NCBI RefSeq assembly: GCF_036321535.1 | Contig: NC_087447.1 | Location: 39,186,001 to 39,250,000 of the forward strand | DNA length: 64,000 nt | Direction: 5' to 3' | Source: Camelus dromedarius | Lineage: Eukaryota | Shown: positions 21,052 to 32,256 of the stretch, in pieces | How positions within the stretch are numbered: the stretch's first letter is position 1 | Layout of the letters: each line of letters starts with the position of its first letter | Program-made: the position numbers and the translations under genes | The notes under the pieces: generated by a model | What the model was told of the DNA's origin: nothing | Seen by the model: only the letters and a program-made list of their open reading frames with translations | Databases searched by the model: none

Positions 21052-24000
21052 GGTTCTACCCGCTGTATTGCTCATTCTAAGCCAACTGACACAGGCAGGA
21101 AGAAGGAAATGTAGACTCGGATCTGGGAGCCACAGACCAAGCCTGATCTAGAAGGCGGGAAAGGGAACAGCAGCATTCACACTGGACGAGTTTAATCTTC
21201 ACAATAACCTAGCTGTTAACTGTGGTTATTATCGTAGTTTTCCAGGTACGGAACTAAGGATTGAAGAGACAAAGACATCTTGCTTAAGATAGCACAGCTA
21301 GCAGGTGGGGACTGAAACCCGGGCGTGTTTGGCTCACTGGTGGTTTCTTCTTGCTTCTGCCCCACCGCTCCCAGTCCTGCCCCTAAAGCCACCTCACAAA
21401 GGAAAATACAAACACCCAAAAAACAAGCACTCCTGGGGAAAGAATCAGGGAAATGGTGAGGAGCAATCCTGGTTCAGGAAAGCTACAGAAACTGAGCCAG
21501 CAAGTTGTCTCTGGGCTTCCTGGTGGCCGGGGCAAAGAGGGAAACGCTCAGCCCTCACAGAGGCCGGGAGGTGCATCAGCTGGCTTATTAGAACAGACTG
21601 AGCAGGGAGTGGTATCTGTCAGGGAGACTCTCTCTATGGGACCTGAGCAACGCTGTGCTGAATGGCTCTGGTGAAATAAGCTTTGTGAGAGGACAGAGGG
21701 CGTCCTCTGTTATAACAAAGAACCCTAGTGAAAGTCTGTCTCCCCTCTGGCCCCTACCCACAGGTGTAACAGCTGGATGAAGCTCTACTGAGACCACTTT
21801 GTGAAGCCCCAGAATGTCACTGGGATAATGGCTTTTGATGAGGTAACTTGATAAAAGAGCACAGCTCAGAAAACATAGATGACAGTGAATCAACATCTTT
21901 GCTTACCCTTGTCTCACAGCTACATGCTCACTGACCTACTTCCCCACAAAACCCCCAGCTCCCCACAAGGGCCCCTATGTGGCTCCTCTGCATCCCCACA
22001 ACCCCGGATACAGCACGTGCTCCAAAGTACTGTCCCTCCCCCCGTGCAGTGAGCCAAGGCAGCCGGCCCACCCCGTTCTCCACCTTCTCCCCAACATGGT
22101 TGCCTGAGGGGATGAACGTGGGGTTTCTCTGGTCTCTTCACATGACGGTGGCCTCTGAGCAGAAGTGAGAGGCTGAAGGGTGCCTGTCCTTTCTGCAAGT
22201 CCCCCTGACCCTCTGGTTACTCTGACAGCTCGTGGGGAGTCTGGTTGCCTTGCTTAGCAACAGATACATTTAGAGAACATTCACGCATGAGACCAGGTGC
22301 CTCAAGCCTAAGGTAATGGGAGTTTGCACCAGGAGCATTTAGCAAGCATTTCTCTGTGGAAGCCCCAGTGGAAGCCAGGGCACTAGGGACACAGTGAGGG
22401 GTCAGCAATCCTTATGTTCAAGATCCCCTCAATCCTCATCACTTCAGCAGTCAGGGCCATGCCTGCAGTTGTGCGAGCAGCGCATTGCACAACGCCAGGC
22501 TGTGCCTTCGCCTGTGTCGGGGCGACTTGCAGAGCCGTTATGACAAATTTCCAGCAGATGGCAGTCAAACGTCTTGAGGAAGGAGTGCCTTTTTTTCTAG
22601 CAGTGGTGCATATGTGAGGTACAGGAAGAGCACAGAGGAGAAAATCATTAGCTTATTTGCTGGTGTGTGTAGGGTAATGGAAGGAGAAGGGACCAGGGAG
22701 GAGGTAAGACCTGAACCAGTGTTGCAGGTGTCTGCCTGGTGGACTGGATGGTCGGAGTGATGTTCTGGGCAGAGGACAGCTTGTGTGCAGTGGTGGTCAG
22801 GGGCCTGAAGGAGAAACCTGTTTGTGGCACTTGTGTACCCAGTCCTACTGGAAGCTCGAGATGCTTGGGAGTTCTGAAATCAAACATAAATCAAGGAGCT
22901 TGCATTTGGAACTATGGGGCTTGGAGGGCCTGTTGAGAGGGTCTCACGAGGGGCAGGGGCTGTGAATCCTGGAACTGTTTGTGAATCAAGACAGGCTGGT
23001 CTTTGTGGAAAGGATCCCCAACACCACTGCTGGAGGAGAGACTACAGCATTCAGGTCTCAGAGGGCATCGTTAGGAAGAGTCTGAGATCGAATCAAGAGG
23101 TGCAGTACCGGGCATGTATCTAGCCCAGCAAAGACACTCAGTAAATGTTTGCTGAGCGGATGGTAAAAGGGACGCCTTCCAGGACCTTTGCAAAGTCTAC
23201 ACTTAACGTAGGAAGGAGAACGACCTGAGGAATAGCTACGGCCGCACTGTGCTTCCTGAGAGGACTCTTGGTCCTGGCCGGAGATGCACAGACCACCGAT
23301 GCGCCCAGGTGGGAAGTGGCCCAACTCCAGCTGGCAGTTGAGCAGCTGCCCAAATTTACGTGGACCAGGGTATGGAGGCAAAGCAAACAGAGAAGTCATA
23401 ACAGAAGGGTCATAACTTCTTTTTGACACTGGCTGAAGGAGAAATTTCACGTGTGGAAAACAACGGACAAGCAGATGCGGATTCCTCCTTAAACAGGTTT
23501 GATAAAAAGGACTGCAGAATGCCTTGAAATCTCAGGAATGACTGATCCCCCTTTAAATATCCATGAACTACCTGAAAAGAGAACTGATGCTGCTTAGAGC
23601 TTTTAACTCACCAGGCCCTTTACAACATAGTGGTTAAGAGCATCCTCTCTGATGGCAGTGATGGTCAGGCTTCAAATCCCGCCTCCCATGGATGAGTGCC
23701 TGGGGTGCAAATCTCAGTTGCAGCACACACACGACCCTGAACTTCATGTGTCAGGGTCTCCCGACTTGGGAGACATAGACGACACCATCACTGCCCGCAG
23801 AGATGTGGTGGAGGTTAAAGGAGGCCCCCGTTATAGGCCCCCATATGTGTTAACTATTAGGATTTTGTCATTTAACCATTACAGCAGCCCTGTGAGATTG
23901 CTAATGTCAGCTCTCCCAATTTGAAAACGAGGACACTATATTTCAGAGAGGTTAAGTCCCTTGACGGAGGCCAGAGATTTTACCGGAAGGTAGATTTAAG

Positions 24001-27000
24001 CCCAGGTCAGTCCCATCTAAAGCCCACGGTCTTTCCGTCATGTGGCATGGCCTCCAAACAAAATGAGAGACAGGCACATTCCAGAGTGTGAAGGGATTTA
24101 ACATTCTTCAAACCAGCACCTCCCAGAGGTCTGTCATGAAACATTTCTGCAGGGCTTCTCCAAACCTAGAACATGGCCCTGTGGTGGGCGAAGGTCCAGG
24201 AGCAGTGGGGTCTACGATCCCCGACACGGGCTCATCCACACGCCTTCCTGCATCTAACATCTAGCAGACAAAGGTCCTGCGGGGCACACTAAGGGGAACC
24301 TTGCTCTGCAAAATCAGGATGAGGTGATCCTCCCTCCCCTCCTTCCCTGCTGACTGCCTGGCCGGAGGGTGCTTGGTATGGCTATATCAGCCTCAGGGAT
24401 CCTCTGAAAACAGCCCGGGGTCTGAGGTTCCTGTCCCACTTATCCCCACGGGTGGTCCCTGGCCATTTCCTCTGCCTGGTGCACGGCCTCGGCTTCATGC
24501 TGCCCTCTGCCTCTCAGCACCTACGTGCATCCAGCCCACTCCCGACTCTGCTCCAGGGGTTTTCCCTCCAGCCTAGACCTGGGGTTTCTCCACGCTGCCT
24601 GGAGAATGATGCGCGGAAAACGACGATGGAATCTGAAGCTGCCGGGGGAGGTAGGGGGGCTCACAGGTGCTGCCTCCCACAACAGGGTCCAGGCCTTATT
24701 CTCCTCTGTAGCCCAGTGCCCAGCGAGAGCCTGAGGGAGATACTCAATGCCCTGTCAGCTCTGGGAGGCAGTCACCTTCGGGCAAGGCTCTTCTCCCAAC
24801 CCGTGGCTTTGACACATCCCTGCATTTAAGGATGGCACGGGGATGACACCCCCCACCCCCAACCAAGAAGGATTAATGAGTCATGCTCATTAACCAGACA
24901 CATCACCTTGCCTCCAGATGGTGGTTGTTGGGTTTTTTCTTTCTTTCTTTTTTCCTTCTTTTTTTTTAAATGCTACAGAATAAAAGACTAGAGCTTGGCC
25001 CTAAAGACTCTGGAAGAACACTCTTTCCACCAAAAAGGTTACCGCCTGAATTTGAAAAAAGTTCTGGAAAACACCTGCGTCCTGTTCTACAGGAAACAAA
25101 AGGAGGCACTGCTGTTACTCGGAGGTAAAGGGAAGAAGGCTGCTGGGAGGTGAGCAGAGTCAAGGATGGAGCATCCTGAACGGTGCCTTGAGTTTCTGGC
25201 TAGGGCTGTGGATGGAGGCCGGTGGGGACAGTCAGAGGACCGACCCGTGACTGGGCCAGGGCACCGGGAGGCCACGGGGGCTGGGCTTTGACTCTGAGTT
25301 AAACAGGGATGGTGAGATTCCACTTAGGACATCTGGCAGCAGTGTTGAGAAGAGACTGTGGGCAGGGGGATCCCTGGGGGAGCGGTGTGGGTAGGCATGT
25401 GCAGTGGTTAGGGAGGTGGTGGTAAAAGCAGCATCACCAGTAAAGGCCAGTAAACAGACAACTAGAGTAGTCTGGGGAAGAGATAATATGCCCCAGGCCT
25501 GGTCGGAGGAGTGGCTGAATGAATTCTAGATGTATTTTCCAGCAGGCTGTGCTCACAGACAAGACGTGAGGTATAAGAAGAGTCAGGGCTGGTGGCCGTG
25601 GTAGGGTGATGAGACACTGTCAATTCTTGATATACTGTGAGGAAACAGCCAACGACGGGATTTTCTCTCTTTTTCTGATGTGACAGGTGGAGTTGGTCTG
25701 TGAACTGCACAAAGTCCCTAGCCAAGGGGGCCGGTGGGGGTGAAGATCCTACTTTCCAGGCAGTGCCCTGTGTGACGATGGAGGAAGAGGTGCCTTTGTG
25801 ACATCCACTTAGCAGGGTAGGAGCCTTGGTCTGGGACATGTTCAGGGAGAGGTGCATAAGGACGTCTAAGCTGCATCACAGACTACGCTGCAGTCCGCAT
25901 ACCTGCCGCCCGCATTCCTGGAGCCCTGACCACCTCCTGATGACTGAGCATCACACATACCAAGGACGGAGCTGGGCAGCCAGCTCATCTGGTCCTCACA
26001 ATGACCTTTTGGGGAAGGCATTATGATCAACATCATGTAGAAGATGGCACTGAGGCTCAGAGAGGTGCAGCAACTTGTCCAAGATCACAAAGCCAGGATG
26101 GGGAAATAGAGACAGAAGCCCGATGTGCCCGAATCCAGAGCCAGGACTCTGCACTTGCTTTGTTGCTTCTGCGACTCAGCAAAGAAAAGTAAAAGCTCCA
26201 TCCCAAGTAGGAGGAAGAGGGCAGGGCCGGCTCGTGCCCACCTGCCTCCCACCTACAGGGCAAGGATGCAAAGGCATTATGAGGGAGACGATTTAATTGT
26301 GTGACGAACCTCAAGGCCTTCCACAGGGGCTCGGATCTAAGACGTTTCTTTGAGTGTTTCCTGACCCCAAGAATAATCCTACAAGTCCTCTTTTAACTAA
26401 AAAGGAATTGGCTCGTTTTCTTTCATCAGTCTCTTTCCTACACAAGGAATAAACAAAACTTCAGTGATTTCAGTTTCAGTTTTCAGAGTTTTGGTTACAG
26501 AAAGTGAGTGTTACGTGTCTAAGAATCTGAAAAAGCATGAGTTGTAGAGCTCAAGATACTTTTCTGGGAAAATATTCAGTGCAGGAATCACAACAAAAAT
26601 AACAATGCAAAAACAGTAGCAGCAGAAACAACACACTGGGTTTTATTCTGTGCCAGGTAGTGTGTTTTCATTTAGTTCTTAAAGAAGAAGTAACTAATTC
26701 TCAGAGAGGTCAAGTAAACTGCCTGTAAACCCTCAGTGCATGAATGGGAAAGCCAAGATTCAAACTCAGGTCCATCTGACCACAAAGCTCTGTGACAGGT
26801 GAAGGAGTCTCAGTCTTTCAGAATTAAAGGGAACAAAACAAAAATAAAGCCTGCTATAAATCAATAGAAAGGCAACCACTTCAGTGGAAAAATAAACAAA
26901 GAATATGAATCAGGAATTCACAAAATTCACACAACCCATTTGTGCAGGCAGAGGCAAACCTAGGTAAAAGCAGGGAGCCAGGCTGGTCTTCCTTTCTGTA

Positions 27001-27574
27001 AAGATCTACATGTGGATGTTAAAAATATACATATGTGTGCAGATGGGAGGGGTGAAAAAAGAGAGATGGCAAAGATGAAAAAAGATGATCATAAAACCTG
27101 AGTCTCAGACTCCTTAAAAACATATTTTCTAAAAGGGCCAGGGGAAACATCAAAACACCTTATTTCTCTGACAATGAATGCATGCAGTTAAAGTCTGACT
27201 TCTATTACATATCCTTATGTAAAAGGGCATTTCTAAGATAAGTGAAACCATTTCTTTTTATTCCAAGCCTATCCTAAGGTTTCTCCAGCTGATTTATAAG
27301 CTAAAACACACATACACACACTCTCTCTTGTACTTTCAAAGACTCACTACAGATATTTATAACATTCTTTTCACTCTCTTGAAATAAAACTTGTAAATAA
27401 TATAACCTACCAAAACTTATAATTTCAAAAACAATCAATAAACTGTAATACAAAGAAAGGAAATAAAGGTAAAATAAAAAATAATGCCCATCAATATGCA
27501 CAGGTTGGGCACAGCTACTCTAGAAGACATAGTGAAAGATGCAATGAGATGCCTGTACCTATTTATAACAAATA

Positions 27575-27900
27575 GCTAAACCTCATATACTTGGTGATTG
27601 TGTTCCTGGAAAATTCAGTATATATTAAAGACATGCAAAAATTATTTGTGTTTATAAGTAAAACGGAGTCAGATTCCAAGCCCAGATAATTATATACAGC
27701 GTTTCAGCTACATGAATGCCCACTGAACTTTAGGAAGTTGGCTGGGATGTTAGCCAGTCCTTTGTTTTCCACGCGTTACATGGAACGTCCCTGCTGCCCC
27801 CCCGTGAAAGCCCTGTCCCCCATGTTGCAACAGCCAAACCATCCCACACATTCCCAAGATATCCTACAGGGGGCACGAGGTACCCATTCAGAAACAGCAG
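27575..27900. mobile_element. MER113-like hAT-Charlie fragment
   Basis: tttgtgtttataagtaaaacggagtcagattccaagcccagataattatatacag...ctacatgaatg. Confidence 0.5.
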
Positions 27901-28769
27901 TATGTTTCAACTCTGTTTTCTACAAAGAGAAGGGACAAAGAGAGGTTGATATTTACCCAAAGCCATATAGGAAATCAATAGACATTATGCCTTTTGCTAT
28001 GCCCATCCAGGAACTCATCTAATCCTACCAACCTTAGGGTTTTTTTCTATTATCTCCAATTTTCAGATAGAGACACTACATTTCAGGGAGGTTAGGTCAC
28101 TGCTCAGGGTCCTGTTTCTGATGACAGTACCAGATTTTATCCAGTCCTTTTTCTGTTGCTTCAAGCTGCTTTCCTTGCAGGTTTCTGGGCATACACCTTG
28201 GAAACCAGCTCTCTCACTTTGCTGATTACATCTCTCGAAAATAAAAACGAGGATGCATGAAAAACAAGTGACGAAGAGAAAGATGGTTCAATCCTTCAAG
28301 CTCAGCAAGTATGTGACCAATGCCTGGACCAGGAAAGCCCAGGGGCCCCTGAGCACAGGAAGCCAACTCTCGGTGAAGTCATGAATCATCTTTCCCTAGA
28401 CCCTTGGGGTAGCCTGGCCTGAGCTGCCAGGGTCAGGGCAGGATGACCAGTGTGTTCCTGCCCCAGAAGACCCCACGTCAAAGAAAATACTAAGGTCCAC
28501 ACTTGTCACCCTGATCCAAACTCACCACATCATGAACTCTGCAGGGCCCATTGGAGTTGGGATGAATACATCCGTGTTCAGGGTGACCAGGGCAAAGGCC
28601 TCGGCCCTGCAGTAGCTCTGTCAAAACAAAACTCTAAGGAGGCTTCATAGGAAATGATTTAACCCAGGCTCCCTTTCAAATGTTTTTTTTGCAAAATAAG
28701 TCGAAGTAGGGCCAGCCCCAATCTAATGCACCGTGGATTTACTTTGAGCGCTATGGTTGTGAAATATCA

Positions 28770-29010
28770 TAGCCCTGCAGCTAAGGGCACAGGCGCTGGA
28801 GCCAGGCGTCCTGGGTCCAGTCTCCACTCTGCCACTTCCTTATGTGACTCTGGACAACATTTGACCTCTGCTCCTCAGTCTCCTCATTGGAAAAATGTGG
28901 ATATTGACAGCACCCCTCTCATAGGTGACTGTGAGGAGTAAGTGAGATAATTCACGCGAGGGGAGCTGAGGACAGTGCCGGGCACATGGTAAGCACTCAG
29001 TGAATTTATA
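28770..29010 (+). mobile_element. MIR SINE
   Basis: ctctgccacttccttatgtgactctggacaac...cctcagtctcctcattggaaaaatg...ggcacatggtaagcactcagt. Confidence 0.75.
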
Positions 29011-29182
29011 ACATTGTCCATCATTAATATTAATGTTGACAGCCATGTCGCACAAGGCATGCGGAAGGCACTGGAGAGCGTGGACAGGGAGATAAGGGGG
29101 TGGGGACGAGAAAGGAAGGGAGCCCAAGAGCAAGAAGCATGCCACGCCTTCGGACCTTTGTTCTGTGTCGCTACAAAGAGCA

Positions 29183-29193
29183 AAACTAGGTCA
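29183..29193 (+). promoter_or_regulatory. Candidate RORE AAACTAGGTCA
   Basis: Exact match to WAWNTRGGTCA. Confidence 0.35.
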
Positions 29194-32100
29194 ATGAGGA
29201 AACAGCGCCAAGAGGCAGATCTGGATTAGAATAAAGGAGGACTTTCCAACAGGAGAACCTGTCCACACAGGGGGAGCAGGAGACTTGCCGTGTGGGTGCC
29301 CAAGGGGGCCAGGGGCCTGATGTCCTGAACAGCGCAGATGGAATTTTCCTGCCCAGGAGGGTGGCCAGAGGAAGTGACCCCATGCCCTTCCCCAGACCAT
29401 TCTATCCCCCTGATAAGGAGCAGATAAGTGCTGATAGCCAGGGTGTGGCCCATCAGCCTGAGGGAAGGAGGGTGGACTTTGGACAAGTCTTAATATACAC
29501 GAGCTCCAGGACTTTGACTTAATGCTCTCAGAACACCAGGTGGCAGCAGTGGTGGCTGCGGTGGTTCGGAGCAGTAATGGCTCAATGAACCAAAAGTGTG
29601 TCCTCAGTACCTGCGGGGGGGCCTGGCATAGTATTTCAGAGAAAGAGTGAGATGACAGGGCTGTGGCAACAAGCTATGGACATTTTCTTGGAGAATTTAA
29701 AGAATTGGAGAATTTAAAGACAGCATCAATTACGAATGCCACGGTCACCTGGGGACACACAATACGAACTGGTCAGGCCTGCTAACTCCATAGGCTAGGA
29801 CCGGGGGCTGTTCCCAGCTTCCTCTCAGGAGGTTTCAGAGTGTTCTTTACCACCGAACTTTTTATGAACACACCCCCTGACCTGGGCTTACTTGGTCTCC
29901 CAGGCTGAGCTGCTCACAGGGAAAGAAGCTGGGACCCAGAGAAGTGGGCAGGAGCAGGAAACAAGACAGAGGAAGGGGAGAATCCACTGGTTCAGAGATG
30001 GGGCACCCAGCAGGTATCCTCCATCCTGAATTGTGTTACCTTTATAAACTATAAGAACTAAAAATGTTATTTTATTAAAAAAACATTACTAGGTCATGTT
30101 AAAACTACAAAATACAAATCTGAGAAGGAAATATGAAATTCCCAAACTAAAGCTCATCTGCTATTTTCCAGGTTATGGAAACTACTAATTTATACATTTT
30201 CAACCCTGAGAACTCAAAAGCAGGTACGGAGCTGTAGGTATTAAAAGATTAAGGAAGAAAATCATGGAGGTGACACTGGGGGTGTTCTGTGTACTGATTT
30301 CATTCTCTGCCACCTGGAAACGCCTGGTAACGTGTTTGAGAACCACTGTCCAGGGCGGCCAGGAGCTCACTGGGCAGGAAGACAGACACTCTCTTCTCAG
30401 TAACCCAGAGGCCCAGCCTGAGCGGCTCATTTCGGGCTCCGGAGCTGCTTGGTCGGCCGCAGGCCTGACTCTCCCCATTCCCACGGACTCGCCTGTAGTT
30501 GCAGGTTCAGTCCCCACGCATCACTGTCCTTCCCTCTCCAGTTGGCTGGCTGTCTGTGGGTAACGCCTACTGCTTCTAACGGCCAGTAATGGCTCCTCTC
30601 CCACCTGCTCCTCTCTATGCTACAGCCTCAACCACTAGCCTCCAGCACTGCCAAGAGGAGCCTTCTCCAGAAGCTTTCACAGTCACTCCTTCCTCAGCTC
30701 CTTCTGTCCCTCCCCGCCTCAGAAGAACTAGCAGCCAGGGCCCACCTGGCTCAGGTGTGTGCCGGGCATCAGCCCAGGGCAAGAGAGAAACGCTGGTCTC
30801 AGTGCCAGCTCTGGTCCATTCAATATCGGCTTCCCAGGGAGCCGCACAAAGAAGGATCCTGAGGGTCAGAAAAAGACCACCACAGGGGGTTACTACCCTT
30901 CTACCTGGGGGTCAGAGGACCGGGAATGCAGCACTCTTTTCCCACTGCTGTCCCAGTACAGGGCAGAGTGGTCCCCGGAACTTGGACCTCCTGTCCCTGG
31001 CCTGTACCCCTGTCCTTCATGCCCTTTGGCGTCTCCTTGAAATTTCCCCAAAGATAATTCCCAGGGCTCCTCCGAAAGGACATTTACATTTTTACCTGCA
31101 CTGGTGCCCACCGCTACACCATACTTCCCAAGTCACTCTGCTCTCTGGGCCTCGGCTTCCCCAACCATGGAGAGAGGTACTTGAACTAGAGGTCTCTGAA
31201 GTCTCGTCCAGCTCTCATGTGCTGTGAGAACACAGGCCCCAGAGCACCGGAGTCACGTCTTTTCATGACCTGTGTGGGCGATACTTACTCAGGGTTGGGC
31301 ACAGTGAGACAGCACAGCACAGCTCCTCTGAGGGGCATGGGCCCACCATCACGGGGAGTGAGCAGCCCTGCCAGGGGTACTTAGTGCTGTGGGATGTGCG
31401 CATGGAGAAACAAGCATGAAGGACAACGAAGAATGATTTTATTTCCCTTTGGGAACATAAGTGCACTATCCTATATTTATACACTCCGCCTCCTAATTTA
31501 GACAGTGTAGAACTTCTTCTGATCAGCACTCACTTGCCAATAATTTCCCTCTACATCTAAATGAAGAATAGGAGTCACATAAGTTCACAGACTGAATGGA
31601 TGGTTGATTTACAAAGCCCTTAAAATGTGGCTGCGGGCCGATGCTGGCAACCCCGTAATTAGATATGGCATGCTCTGCGATGATTTTTTTCTGTTTTTTT
31701 TTTTTGTTTTGTTTTTTAACTGTTTTTCAGTAACTCAGTTTTCCTTTTGGGATGAGGGGAAAGATGGAATTTGTTAAAAATAAATCGAGATTTAGTGGCT
31801 TTTCAGCCTTCTGCTGCTTGCTGCTCATAATATTCTATAAATAAATGAAGCCCTGCCCTATAGTGCACTGCAAACACCCACAGACACTCAGAGCCAAATT
31901 CTTCTAATCATGACCCTGTGCCAGTTGCCAAGCTACTGCAAGGACCCACTTGAAAGGCGGCCATCTAGGCCATTTCCTGATTAAGCTGCCCGGTAGCAAG
32001 GAATTGAGGCCTGCTGCCTTGGCATCGTATCTAGTCTCAAAGAGTTGCTCAGTGTTCTTAAAATTAAACCTTTTTCTTGTGATTGGATTACAACTCAGAG

Positions 32101-32232
32101 GTAAGTGAAAAACTAACCACCTATCCATCCATCCATCCGCCTGGGTCACATGTGTGTTTAAGGTCCCCGGCTTCACACTTACATCAGACAGTAGAAGTGC
32201 ATTCACAACAGTGTCTAACTGCACTGAGCAAA

Positions 32233-32256
32233 TCAAGGTCAAACAAAAGTAGGTCA
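32233..32256 (+). promoter_or_regulatory. Candidate composite ERRE (TCAAGGTCA) plus RORE (AAAGTAGGTCA)
   Basis: Both are exact consensus matches in apparently non-repetitive intron; function not demonstrated. Confidence 0.45.

Noticed and set aside
21902..21910. Strong minus-strand donor-like site AGG|gtaagc
   Set aside because: No convincing paired acceptor or transcript evidence; such sites are common in long introns.
30589..31227. 212-aa + strand ORF
   Set aside because: Low-complexity P/S/R-rich translation, no domain I recognise, antisense within an intron; consistent with a chance ORF in GC-rich DNA.
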